The translations under genes and the position numbers were made by a program. Under the pieces are notes generated by a model. The model saw only the letters and a program-made list of their open reading frames with translations, had not been told where the DNA came from and did no database searches. Below are positions 48,814 to 58,269 of a stretch of DNA of 64,000 nt, in pieces. Every line of letters begins with the position of its first letter. Within the stretch, counting starts at the first letter, position 1. Source of the DNA: an uncultured virus (IMG/VR IMGVR_UViG_3300046168_000009) (lineage: Duplodnaviria; Heunggongvirae; Uroviricota; Caudoviricetes; Crassvirales); the IMG/VR virus record IMGVR_UViG_3300046168_000009. One strand, 5' to 3'.

Positions 48814-50531
48814 TATCCGTCACAGGCAATACAATCTTCACTCATAGCTTGTTGTGCTATATCACCTCTAAGCACTGATTCAGTTCTAGTATAATATAAA
48901 GTTTTAATACCTTTTTTCCATGCTTCAAAATGTACTTTGTTAATCCACTTTGGTGTTGCTATACTAGGAAAAGCCAGGTTCAAGCTAACAGACTGATCTA
49001 CATATTGCTGTCTCAGTCCAGCTTGATTAACTAATTCTAGTTGATTAATCTCCTTAAAAGTTTTAAATACCTCCTTTGCGGGTGTTTCGTGCGCCAACAC
49101 AACATCATCAAGCTCAGCAATATTTTGCACACTACCACCATCAGCCATGATCTTATCCCACGTTTCATTGTTATTTATTTTAAGTTTTCTAAGTAGTTTT
49201 ACTAGCGTCGGGTTTTTCCTAATGAAAGTCCCTTTTGCACTTTGCTCTGTAAAAACATTTGCAGCCCACGGCTCAATACCAGGCGAAACATTTCCACTAA
49301 GCTTACTATTGCTAACAGTAGGAGCAACAGCACGTAAATGAGTATTACGTAGACCAGTTCCAGAACACCACAAAGGTTCTCCGTAAGTTTCTGCAAGTGC
49401 CATACTAGCCCTTTCGCTTTCAATTTTAATCTGACTAAAGATTTTCCTAGTTTCAAACTGAGCAAGTAAACCTTCGAACGATATACCTTTTTCTTGTAGG
49501 TATGTGTGCCAGCCCAAAATTCCCAAGCCAAGCGCTCTTCCTTTCGTAGCTGACCTAACCGCGTTTTCAAAGCCTCGTAAGCCTTTAGCTCTTTGTATAA
49601 ATTCTTCCATGACCCCGTCAAGAAACCATATACTGTCGTAAATAAGGTTTGTGCCTTTCCACTCTTCATATTTTGCTAAATTTAATGATGATAAACAACA
49701 CACAAAACTATGATTCTCATCTGTATGTAGTGTTATTTCTGAACATATGTTAGTCATATGTACTTTTAATCCATTTTCTTTATAAGCTTTAGGATTCTTT
49801 TTGTTAACATTCCCTTTAAACATAATATACGGCTCGCCAGTTGATTTTCGCTTTCTAAGTAATTTACTCCATCTATTTCTAGCTGCAGCATCTCCTTGTT
49901 CAAGCTTACGCATAAACTTGTCACCAACAATTGCGCATTGATGTAAGTTAAGCGATTGTCTGTTAACATCTCCTTTAGGCTCTCTGATTTCAAGCCACTC
50001 TTCGAAATCGTCGTGTTCAATGTTAATATTAACTGATGCAGCTCCTCGTCTAACTGATCCTTGATTAGTTGCAAGGATTGTTGAGTCGTATATTTTGCAG
50101 AAAGGTACAACTCCGTCTGATGTTCCATTTCCTGTTATTCTAGCGCCGGCGGGTCTTATTTGATTTATACCGATACCAACTCCACCGCCGTGCTTAGCGA
50201 GTAGCATCATCTCTAAGTTTTTTTGTCCAATATCTTGTATAGAATCAGCCACATCGATACCAAAACAGCTAATAGGTAAGCCACGATCAGTACCTGTATT
50301 GGACAACACAGGACTAGCCAAGCAAAGCCAACCGTTCCAAATATAATCAAAAAAGGTCTGAGCCATTTCAGGCTTGTATAATCTTCTAGCCACAGTTTTA
50401 GCAACACGCATGTAAGCATCACGTGGCGTTTCATCTTGTAGTAAGTATCCACCAGATATTGTTTTTTTATAGACTTCTGTATTTCCCCATACTGGGTAGT
50501 CTTCTCCTTTAATCCATTCATTATTCCACAT
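48813..50531 (-). CDS. nrdA: class Ia ribonucleotide reductase alpha subunit
   Basis: PISCF, TNICSE, VCCLSS, APTVSNS, LYY, C-terminal CIACDG; likely start MWNNEW. Confidence 0.95.
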   Translation of the reverse strand: MWNNEWIKGEDYPVWGNTEVYKKTISGGYLLQDETPRDAYMRVAKTVARRLYKPEMAQTFFDYIWNGWLCLASPVLSNTGTDRGLPISCFGIDVADSIQDIGQKNLEMMLLAKHGGGVGIGINQIRPAGARITGNGTSDGVVPFCKIYDSTILATNQGSVRRGAASVNINIEHDDFEEWLEIREPKGDVNRQSLNLHQCAIVGDKFMRKLEQGDAAARNRWSKLLRKRKSTGEPYIMFKGNVNKKNPKAYKENGLKVHMTNICSEITLHTDENHSFVCCLSSLNLAKYEEWKGTNLIYDSIWFLDGVMEEFIQRAKGLRGFENAVRSATKGRALGLGILGWHTYLQEKGISFEGLLAQFETRKIFSQIKIESERASMALAETYGEPLWCSGTGLRNTHLRAVAPTVSNSKLSGNVSPGIEPWAANVFTEQSAKGTFIRKNPTLVKLLRKLKINNNETWDKIMADGGSVQNIAELDDVVLAHETPAKEVFKTFKEINQLELVNQAGLRQQYVDQSVSLNLAFPSIATPKWINKVHFEAWKKGIKTLYYTRTESVLRGDIAQQAMSEDCIACDG

Positions 50532-50740
50532 TATGAAAAATATAATATTATGTAGGCAATCGCTACGTTTAAATTTACAAACACTAAGTTCCACTGTTTA
50601 GCCACAAACACTTGAGGTATTGAAATAACACCTGCTATAATATATGTTATCATACCTCTCTCATCAGGTAATAAATGAGGACTAGTCATCATAAAAGCAG
50701 TTCCCATATACCCTAATCTATTGGCTAATCTTTCAGCCGG
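50531..50740 (-). CDS. small membrane protein
   Basis: Several hydrophobic segments; ORF track 50531..50809, likely start GTG at 50740. Confidence 0.55.
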   Translation of the reverse strand, partial: PAERLANRLGYMGTAFMMTSPHLLPDERGMITYIIAGVISIPQVFVAKQWNLVFVNLNVAIAYIILYFS

Positions 50741-50948
50741 ACTTAACTTCCTCTGTTTTACTAGGTTTTTCAACCACATCCTTTTTAAGCTCTTCGATTG
50801 CTTTTTCATACCCAGGCATTTTTTTAATTGTTTCTAATGTTCCTATTGCTAGGTCTTTTACTTGTGTTATTTCGTTAAGAAGATGCTGTGTCACCCTTAC
50901 AACCGCATCCATCTTGTTTTTCATCTCTATTAGTTTTGATTCTTTCAT
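50733..50948 (-). CDS. hypothetical protein
   Basis: 71 aa helical ORF. Confidence 0.65.
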   Translation of the reverse strand: MKESKLIEMKNKMDAVVRVTQHLLNEITQVKDLAIGTLETIKKMPGYEKAIEELKKDVVEKPSKTEEVKSG

Positions 50949-51594
50949 GTGGTTTTAATATTTTGTTACTTAATACAAATTTGTTTTTTGCGTTTTTAAA
51001 TCCATGAAATGCTACTTGCCTAGGTCCTACTAGTTTTTTTAACTTGTAAAACATAACTAACACTTCTCTGCTTTCTTTAAATTCATTAGGATATTTGCTA
51101 TGAAAATAATTACAAGGATAGGATATTAGTCTATTTTGTTTGTGGCCTATAACAGACTTTAAATCCCATTTTGATGTATCATTAGAATCAGACATTAAAA
51201 GCTTGTTAAAGTCATCTGTAGAACCTCCTGGGTATGTATCTCCAAGATCTTTATGAGACCAAAAAGCTGTACCGTTTAATTCTTTGTTTTTATTTTTAGA
51301 CAAATATAGAACTATAGCTTTCTCAGGTTGTTGGCCTTCTATTATCGTGTCATTATGTATACGCCAGTCATTATCTTGCCCTTCTTTAGCTTGTCTAAAA
51401 AAACATAATATATTTTCAACTTGTCTATTTTCTATATATGATATTTTATTTACCATGTAATCTACTAAAAGGCTGTGAGGTTCTTTTACCCAAAAAGATT
51501 TACCAGGAGTTTTTACCTCCTGATAATCTCTATTATCTAACAACAATGTGTCTAAAAGTTCTTTTTCTAAAAAATTATCTTCTATGTAAATCAT
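50875..51594 (-). CDS. 2OG-Fe(II) oxygenase-like protein
   Basis: IHND (HxD), IVLYLS, GTAFW, NRLISYP..YFH, R..LVMF. Confidence 0.75.
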   Translation of the reverse strand: MIYIEDNFLEKELLDTLLLDNRDYQEVKTPGKSFWVKEPHSLLVDYMVNKISYIENRQVENILCFFRQAKEGQDNDWRIHNDTIIEGQQPEKAIVLYLSKNKNKELNGTAFWSHKDLGDTYPGGSTDDFNKLLMSDSNDTSKWDLKSVIGHKQNRLISYPCNYFHSKYPNEFKESREVLVMFYKLKKLVGPRQVAFHGFKNAKNKFVLSNKILKPHERIKTNRDEKQDGCGCKGDTASS

Positions 51595-51679
51595 TTATTT
51601 TATTTCTTCTTTTTTAATAGATTTATATACTCCATTCCAATTAAGGTCTTTATATATATCTTCATTTGTTATTTCTATT

Positions 51680-52648
51680 TTACCAAATGTCTTCGAAGTC
51701 TTCTCCTTCATTAGCTTTTGAGTAATCAGTCGGCCTAATAGCGAAAAAATCAGTATGAGTGACGCCCCCGGTAAGATGATAAAACCAATCAAGATTAGCT
51801 GCTGCTTCCTGGTCATACGAGAAATATGATCCAAGATCGATATAACCAAGTTCTGTAAGTTTTTCATTTGTTCTTTTTCTTATAAATTGTTTTAAGTCAT
51901 TTGCTTTAATGCCTTCAATGTCACCCATCTCAAACATTTTATCTATATACTTTTCTTCTAAAGTTACCATAGCTTCTGCAGCCGTAATTACATCTGCTCT
52001 ACAATCAGCTAATAAAAACGCATCCTCTTGGCACATGTGCTTAAACAATTGACAACCCATTTTACTGTGTAAGCTTTCATCTCTTACAGACCATTTCATT
52101 TGTTGCCCGATACCCTTAAGTAGATTTCGAAGCTGAAAACTATACAACACTGCAAAAGCACTATACAAGCTAACTCCTTCAGCGAAGGCTGAAAATACAG
52201 CCAAGCTTTTCGCAATGCCAACAGTATTATTACCGTCGTAAGCAACCAAATTATCAAATCTTTCAGCCGTTGCTGGTTCATGAAGAAATGCTTCATAGTC
52301 TTCTAGTTTTAAAGTTTCATTTAAATAGCTATATGCTACAGCGTGTACAGTTTCCTGCGATCCAAACATCATAGCCATTTGTTGTATTTCGTGTTTAGGA
52401 AACCAACCAACTACCTTCTGTGTCCAGTAATCAGAAACCGCGCACTCCGTCTGCGCGAAGCCGAGCAATATATTGCCGACCAAATTCTTTTCTTTATCAT
52501 TTAATTTTTCTTTCCAATCTTTTATATCACTCTGCATTGAGATTTCAGTATGTAACCAAAATGCTTGTGCTTGTTTTAACCAACCTTCTGTATAATACTC
52601 AGGATAATCAAATGGTTTGTACGCTATGCGCTCATCAAATAATCCCAT
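51680..52648 (-). CDS. nrdB: ribonucleotide reductase beta subunit
   Basis: QETVHAVAYS, AEGVSLYSAF, VRDESLH, TDFF. Confidence 0.95.
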   Translation of the reverse strand: MGLFDERIAYKPFDYPEYYTEGWLKQAQAFWLHTEISMQSDIKDWKEKLNDKEKNLVGNILLGFAQTECAVSDYWTQKVVGWFPKHEIQQMAMMFGSQETVHAVAYSYLNETLKLEDYEAFLHEPATAERFDNLVAYDGNNTVGIAKSLAVFSAFAEGVSLYSAFAVLYSFQLRNLLKGIGQQMKWSVRDESLHSKMGCQLFKHMCQEDAFLLADCRADVITAAEAMVTLEEKYIDKMFEMGDIEGIKANDLKQFIRKRTNEKLTELGYIDLGSYFSYDQEAAANLDWFYHLTGGVTHTDFFAIRPTDYSKANEGEDFEDIW

Positions 52649-52794
52649 TACTTATATATTTCTAAAGCTATGTCAATAAAAGGTATATACATAACGTGTG
52701 TATCTTGTTTTTCTTCATTATAAGATCTTATTCCAAATAATATACCTGGGTAAAACCCAAATGACAAACTCCAATTTTTTATTTCTTTATCCAT
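52648..52794 (-). CDS. small hypothetical protein (48 aa)
   Basis: MDKEIKNWSLSFGFYPGILFGIRSY...; stop overlaps nrdB start. Confidence 0.6.
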   Translation of the reverse strand: MDKEIKNWSLSFGFYPGILFGIRSYNEEKQDTHVMYIPFIDIALEIYK

Positions 52795-52960
52795 AGCATT
52801 TTATTCCATGTTTATTTTGTATCTCTACAAGCTCTTTGTAGATAACTTTATTCCTGTTTTCAAAACTCCATTTCCACCACGTATCTATTTTACGTTCAGC
52901 GTATTTTTGTCTTGCAATTACTTTCGCGAGGTTAGGATTAACCTTATTGTTTCGTCGCAT
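52787..52960 (-). CDS. small hypothetical protein (57 aa)
   Basis: MRRNNKVNPNLAKVIARQKY...; overlaps both neighbours. Confidence 0.5.
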   Translation of the reverse strand: MRRNNKVNPNLAKVIARQKYAERKIDTWWKWSFENRNKVIYKELVEIQNKHGIKCYG

Positions 52961-53373
52961 TCTTTTTGATTTTGTGGTTTGTATAACGTAAAAGGACCTA
53001 TTTTACTTTCTGACATTAGCTTTTTAAACATTTTCCATCTAAGTGGAAATGATTCATTTGCTCGGCCTTTGGTTTCTATTATAAAACCTTTACCTACAAA
53101 ATCAGGTGTATATTTTATATTAAGTATTTTTTTATTACCTCTGTTTTTATAATCACCTTTACCATTTCCACAACGTTCAAACGATTCAAATGGAAAATCA
53201 AAAGCTTCTTGAAGTTCAAATGTTTCTCCCTCATACAAAGCTTTGATCTTAGCTTTTTTTAAAGCCATATACATATAACGTTCTAAACCTGACGCAAAAG
53301 TTATACCATCATATGATATTTTTTTTGACTGTACTGGTCCACGTTTTTTCTTTTTATAAAACTTTTTCATCAT
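52918..53373 (-). CDS. PD-(D/E)XK endonuclease (T7 endonuclease I-like)
   Basis: FASGLE, YTPDF, IIETKG motifs. Confidence 0.85.
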   Translation of the reverse strand: MMKKFYKKKKRGPVQSKKISYDGITFASGLERYMYMALKKAKIKALYEGETFELQEAFDFPFESFERCGNGKGDYKNRGNKKILNIKYTPDFVGKGFIIETKGRANESFPLRWKMFKKLMSESKIGPFTLYKPQNQKECDETIRLILTSRK

Positions 53374-53662
53374 TGACTTCTATATAATGTAAACCATCAT
53401 TTCCGTTTTGACCTATTACATTCATACGATTAAGCATTGCCTCTTCTATTTCATCAGTTAAACAACGTTTAGCTGCTTCAATATATAATAATGCATCCAT
53501 CAGCTCTTCTTGTACGTCAACTAAAAAACGATTAAGGTCTTTTTTCTGACCTTCTATTTCGTCCATCATTGTAGCTCCATATTTCTTTTGACCTATTAAA
53601 CTACGTTCGTCCATCTTCCTTAGTACAGTTTGTACTATCTTATCTTCAGTTCTAATTTTCAT
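53354..53662 (-). CDS. all-alpha nucleotide pyrophosphohydrolase-like protein
   Basis: G.KKYG and QEELMDALLY motifs. Confidence 0.6.
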   Translation of the reverse strand: MKIRTEDKIVQTVLRKMDERSLIGQKKYGATMMDEIEGQKKDLNRFLVDVQEELMDALLYIEAAKRCLTDEIEEAMLNRMNVIGQNGNDGLHYIEVNDEKVL

Positions 53663-54428
53663 CTTTTACAAATGTTCCGTTAATCATTTTACCTGTACGT
53701 GCTGATATTTCAGTATAAGCAGAATCAATACAGTCTTCAATAGACATACCTTCCAGCTCTGCTAAATTAGTTAATACAACAACCATATCGCCTACAGCGT
53801 CTTGTATTTCAGGTTTATCTTTGTTAAGTAAAGCTTTAGCTAACTCACCAGCTTCTTCCATAAGCTTAACATATTGTGTGTGTGAATTACCTCCATCATA
53901 TATACCTCTAACTAATGCCCAGTTTCTAATAAGATCAAATCTTTCACAATCTAAATTATTAGATATACATTTATTAGGATTATGTTTAGGATTAAAATAA
54001 GCTTCATAAAAAGCTTTATTATAAATATAAGATCTATCACTGTTAAACATAGATGTTTTTACGTTTTGCATAATCCATTTAATGTTCTCTTTTGTTATTT
54101 CAAACTGGCCGAACTCTGTTTTCCACGTTAAACCAATGTTATCCGCTAATCTGCCTTTTAATTTGTTGACAGGCACAGGGAATGTTGAGGTTTGTTCTGT
54201 TGCGTTTATTTTCATTTGATTAAATAATTGTTTATATAATTTTCTATCTTTCTTATAGCCATAAGACTGTTGAAGCTCTATTTCGCGGTCTGATATATAA
54301 TCTATATCATCTGACTGCTCAAGAACTTCATACTCATTCTCCTTGTATCCTTGCACAAGGGTTACCCTGTTATTAAGATCACGTGTAACACCGATCTTTT
54401 TACCTGGTATGTGGTATAAATAATACAT
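53652..54428 (-). CDS. mazG: MazG-like pyrophosphohydrolase with N-terminal GIY-YIG-like domain
   Basis: C-terminal KLMEEAGELA...DAVGDMVVVL; N-terminal YYLYHI..KKIGVTRDL..R; likely start ATG54428. Confidence 0.75.
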   Translation of the reverse strand: MYYLYHIPGKKIGVTRDLNNRVTLVQGYKENEYEVLEQSDDIDYISDREIELQQSYGYKKDRKLYKQLFNQMKINATEQTSTFPVPVNKLKGRLADNIGLTWKTEFGQFEITKENIKWIMQNVKTSMFNSDRSYIYNKAFYEAYFNPKHNPNKCISNNLDCERFDLIRNWALVRGIYDGGNSHTQYVKLMEEAGELAKALLNKDKPEIQDAVGDMVVVLTNLAELEGMSIEDCIDSAYTEISARTGKMINGTFVKDEN

Positions 54429-54432
54429 ATTT

Positions 54433-55074
54433 TTAAAGTTTATCGTTATATAAGTGCATGTTATGTGCATGGTGATAATACCACCCTGTTTCTAAATTCA
54501 ATCTGTCTGCAATCATTTTTTGCAATGATGAGAATTGGTATTGATCATTACAGAAACCGTACCAGATGTCATTAGAACGCATATAAACAGACATATTTAG
54601 TTTATCATTTAGTATTGTAAATTGAACCGCGTAAGTACAAGGAGTATCTTTAGAATATTTATCGTATTCTTTAGCATCATAAATACTTATTGCAGCGTGT
54701 CTAGTATTAGGATTATCTTTTAGTTTAGCCACAACATAATCTATTTGATTGTTTCTTTTCCACTGATAACCATAGTTACTATTTACATTACCGTTGCTAT
54801 CAGCCATGCGTTCCCATATAGGAGGTATTTTACCATATAGTTGACCTAACTTAATTATATTAGGATCTCCAGACAAGTACCATTGCCATTCAGCTTCAGC
54901 ATATTTTAAACTCCAATTACGTTGTTTGTTTGTTATGTGATTCTCTTGTGGATTCATAATATAAAAACCACAATTAAACAAAGCTTTAGTATTGTCAAAA
55001 TCTTCTCCATGTTGAATGGTTTGATCTAATAAAAACTCGTATGCTTCGTTTGCGTTTTTAAATCTTGCGTTCAT
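54433..55074 (-). CDS. thymidylate-synthase-fold enzyme, probable dCMP (hydroxy)methylase
   Basis: DTPCTYAVQF, VYMRSNDIWYGFCND (Asp at the ThyA Asn177 position), H.YN. Confidence 0.8.
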   Translation of the reverse strand: MNARFKNANEAYEFLLDQTIQHGEDFDNTKALFNCGFYIMNPQENHITNKQRNWSLKYAEAEWQWYLSGDPNIIKLGQLYGKIPPIWERMADSNGNVNSNYGYQWKRNNQIDYVVAKLKDNPNTRHAAISIYDAKEYDKYSKDTPCTYAVQFTILNDKLNMSVYMRSNDIWYGFCNDQYQFSSLQKMIADRLNLETGWYYHHAHNMHLYNDKL

Positions 55075-55312
55075 ATTTATTATAATAGTATTTATAAAAT
55101 TCGTATAGTTTAATCCATATGGTTGTTGGGCCATATGCTTCTGGTGATCTATTTATCTTGCCACCATTGTTGATCTCTATATACCAGCTCCCGTTCCCAG
55201 TCGCGAATGGGGATATAAATATCTTGTTCCTTATACACCAAATATATGCCTTCATGTCCTCCGAGGACTGCGTATATAGACCCATCGTGTTCTTTTGTTT
55301 TTTTGCTGGCAT
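55058..55312 (-). CDS. hypothetical protein
   Basis: 84 aa, coupled to neighbours. Confidence 0.65.
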   Translation of the reverse strand: MPAKKQKNTMGLYTQSSEDMKAYIWCIRNKIFISPFATGNGSWYIEINNGGKINRSPEAYGPTTIWIKLYEFYKYYYNKYERKI

Positions 55313-57037
55313 TTATTCCCATGGCATTGGTTCGTTGTTAATACCTATTGGTTCGTGAGGTATAAAACAACCTGATTTATGTTCCCATTTAAAATGTGCT
55401 TCAGCGCCGTTTTCACCAAGGTTTTGAAACTTAACTTTTAGCACTTTAGCTTTAACTGTTTTAGCATCATAATCTCTATGAACTAATATACCGTGATAAC
55501 TAGCGTCATACCATTCGCCGCCACCTTTAATGTTGTACATCGTTGGTTCTTCCATCTTACCATCTTTGTCTTTATACATTTTAGTTGGATGCGCTACTAT
55601 AAATACTAACACATCAAACTTTTTTGCAAATACTTCTATTTTAGTTAAGTATTCCATTGTGTATCGGTTAACATCTTCTGTTTTACAATCAACGTCTCTT
55701 ACTTTATTAAACGGATCTATAACTAGGCATTTAATACCTTTACGTTTAACAAGCTCAGCTCCTTTTCGCAACACAGATTCTAGTGTGTAACGCTCCATAT
55801 CAATGTGAAAATAGTTAGTATTACAATGATCAGCTATTTGATTCCATTTGTCACCATGTATATCTGCTGCTGTTGGCATACCTTCCCAGGTTTTACGCAT
55901 TAATTTGTGAGCATGAAGATACGTCGGCGCATTCTCTGGCGATGCAAAAGCCGTCTTCCAACCGTAGTTACGATTATACCCGACAACCATTTGATCAACG
56001 AAGTCTGATTTACCGCTACTAGGTATACCAGTGACAGTAATAAATTGACCGGTATAAGTAGAAAATATGTCGTCAAAATTGGATAAACCAACTTGATATC
56101 CTTTCTTAAAGCCATTACGGACAAAGTCAGTAACCTCATCTTCAATATCCTTGAATGTTGTAACATTTTCGAGTGGTACGGGTCTCGCGGAGGTAATACG
56201 CTGTACCAGTTTTTCTTTGCCATGTTTCTGTAAGTATTCATTAGCATCTTTACAGTCATCAAACGTCGCTAGATAACAAACCTCAGCTCCAAGTCTACGG
56301 ACTAATTCTGATTGTAACGCTTGCCCTGCCTCATCTGAATCAACTGCTAGTATGATTTTTTCTTTGTCTTCAAAGTAATCAATACAGTTATCAAGATAAT
56401 CTAAATTGTTATTGTTTAATGTTGCGCCATTAGGTACAGATATAACATTTGGTATACCAGCCTCATGTAGTGCTAACACATCCATTTCGCCTTCAGTTAT
56501 AATACAATACTCATAACCTACTATACTATTTATATTATAGAACACTTTTTCAGCACCCTTATATAATTTAAAGTTTTTTCTGCCATCGCGATACTTAACA
56601 TTAATAAGTTGATCGCCCATGAAATAATTGAACTTTATTGTGTTCTCAGACTTACCGGTTTGCGGCATATACTCAGCACCCTCGCTGATTTCTAAATCAT
56701 AAAGGGTCTGAGTTCCTATACCTCTTGCTTTAAACCATTCAATTACCTTGTCGCTTAAAAACTCAGGATATTCAGTATCACTAGGTGGACCAATGGGTCT
56801 TACATATTCTTTTTCGCTAGCTCCTTTACGTTGATAAGTATGTAATTGAAATGATGTATTACAATTATGACAAGTTCCGAGACCCCGTTCCCAATCATAA
56901 GACGCACATTTTGCCTTTTGATTCTTGGGTTTTCTATCGTGAGAACAAAGCGGGCATACACCTTGCTTTTTTCCCTCTTCAAGCTTATATTGATTGAATT
57001 CATCAATCAAGAATCCATTGATCTCTATTGTCTGCAT
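55313..57037 (-). CDS. bifunctional primase-helicase (T7 gp4/Twinkle-like)
   Basis: CPLC..CHNC zinc finger, TEGEMD and DSD TOPRIM, TGIPSSGKS Walker A, LVIDP, VAHP. Confidence 0.95.
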   Translation of the reverse strand: MQTIEINGFLIDEFNQYKLEEGKKQGVCPLCSHDRKPKNQKAKCASYDWERGLGTCHNCNTSFQLHTYQRKGASEKEYVRPIGPPSDTEYPEFLSDKVIEWFKARGIGTQTLYDLEISEGAEYMPQTGKSENTIKFNYFMGDQLINVKYRDGRKNFKLYKGAEKVFYNINSIVGYEYCIITEGEMDVLALHEAGIPNVISVPNGATLNNNNLDYLDNCIDYFEDKEKIILAVDSDEAGQALQSELVRRLGAEVCYLATFDDCKDANEYLQKHGKEKLVQRITSARPVPLENVTTFKDIEDEVTDFVRNGFKKGYQVGLSNFDDIFSTYTGQFITVTGIPSSGKSDFVDQMVVGYNRNYGWKTAFASPENAPTYLHAHKLMRKTWEGMPTAADIHGDKWNQIADHCNTNYFHIDMERYTLESVLRKGAELVKRKGIKCLVIDPFNKVRDVDCKTEDVNRYTMEYLTKIEVFAKKFDVLVFIVAHPTKMYKDKDGKMEEPTMYNIKGGGEWYDASYHGILVHRDYDAKTVKAKVLKVKFQNLGENGAEAHFKWEHKSGCFIPHEPIGINNEPMPWE

Positions 57038-57047
57038 TTAATTTAAT

Positions 57048-57356
57048 TTAAAATGGTAAATCATCTGCCTGTGCTGCAACTGGCGCTGCTTGTGCAGGTT
57101 GATCTTGTCTTGGCGCTGGTTCAACATTAGTACCGTTAGTCCACACAACTTGTACGTTTCCTAAATATACTTTAGCAACTTTAGCCTCTCTTTCTTCCTT
57201 TGATTGTGCTACAACCACAGGACCGTTGTTACCGAACTGATCTAACTCATCATTTATGGTTATTGTTATCGGTAAGTATTTACCTTTTTTACCTTCAATT
57301 ATTTTATCCTTAGGTATATTATTAAGGTTAATACTAGTTTTAATTATACTTGCCAT
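57048..57356 (-). CDS. single-stranded DNA-binding protein (putative)
   Basis: GKKGKY, DQFGN, YLGN, acidic DDLPF C-terminal tail. Confidence 0.75.
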   Translation of the reverse strand: MASIIKTSINLNNIPKDKIIEGKKGKYLPITITINDELDQFGNNGPVVVAQSKEEREAKVAKVYLGNVQVVWTNGTNVEPAPRQDQPAQAAPVAAQADDLPF

Positions 57357-57535
57357 TATGCGTATTGATTTATTTGATTAAACATCCTAGCTAACTGATC
57401 TTTTGTCGCGTTAGTAGTTCTTCTTATATTGTCTACAGCTTTTACGTGCGTTTGGTTTCTGTAAAAATTATTTACATCAGTTTCTAATCCTGTTACACTG
57501 CATACTTTTGTTTGGTTTTTTCTGGTTCTTGCCAT
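57356..57535 (-). CDS. small hypothetical protein
   Basis: MARTRKNQTKVCSVTG...; likely start 57535. Confidence 0.6.
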   Translation of the reverse strand: MARTRKNQTKVCSVTGLETDVNNFYRNQTHVKAVDNIRRTTNATKDQLARMFNQINQYA

Positions 57536-57536
57536 A

Positions 57537-58268
57537 TTATAAGGTTTTATTAATAAAATATTGTGTAGGATCAAAGCCTTCAGACTTGTAAAATAATTCA
57601 TAAGCCTGAACTGCTCTTTCAACTTTGTCCTTACCACGTTCATAAAATTCTGGTGAGCAGTCAAATATACCTATTTGGCCTGTATTTTTATCAATGGCAA
57701 TAAATACCATTTCATAACCAAATAGTTTACTATAAATATAAGCTTGTGAGTCATAATTATACTTGGAAGCTGAATATTTAAATTTATTAAGATCTGCTGT
57801 TGTCTTTAAATCAACAACTAGCTTCTCTGAATGATTTATAATATCTGCTTTACCTTTCCATTTATGACCTTCAAGTTCTGTAATGCCAGGCACTTCATAT
57901 TCGCATTGTCCTTCGCGTATAAGATCATAGCATATTTTATTAGCTAACATTTTATCTGTTAGTTTTTCTATATTATCAACCTCGTGTTGTAACAAACATA
58001 GCTCACCGCCTGACATCTCTTTATACACTTTTGTATTTCTAGTTGTAGCCTCTATAATCTTAAACTTTTTAAGTTTGTCAGGTTCTAGAATAGCCGTGTG
58101 GAAATATCCACCAACTAAAAACGCAGGTCTAGCTTCTGAAGCTTTTCCTAGTGCTAAAGGATTTGTAAGCAAAGTACTGATATCTGAGTTACTAAGATAC
58201 TTTTTACCAAAGGCACCGTAGTAATGCTCATCATCACGTAGCTTTTCAATTGCTTTTTCTTTATTCAT
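57537..58268 (-). CDS. PD-(D/E)XK exonuclease (RecE/ExoVIII-like)
   Basis: LSNS, G.YFH..ILEP, KGKAD, VDLKTT, Y..QAY.Y. Confidence 0.85.
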   Translation of the reverse strand: MNKEKAIEKLRDDEHYYGAFGKKYLSNSDISTLLTNPLALGKASEARPAFLVGGYFHTAILEPDKLKKFKIIEATTRNTKVYKEMSGGELCLLQHEVDNIEKLTDKMLANKICYDLIREGQCEYEVPGITELEGHKWKGKADIINHSEKLVVDLKTTADLNKFKYSASKYNYDSQAYIYSKLFGYEMVFIAIDKNTGQIGIFDCSPEFYERGKDKVERAVQAYELFYKSEGFDPTQYFINKTL

Positions 58269-58269
58269 A

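Noticed and set aside
49202..50521. Three alternate-frame ORFs (102-155 aa) inside nrdA, and similar ones in nrdB and the helicase
   Set aside because: Broken into pieces with no recognisable motifs; explainable by codon bias in conserved genes
54433..55074. Plain thyA annotation
   Set aside because: Has Asp rather than Asn at the substrate-specificity position and lacks the PFN motif
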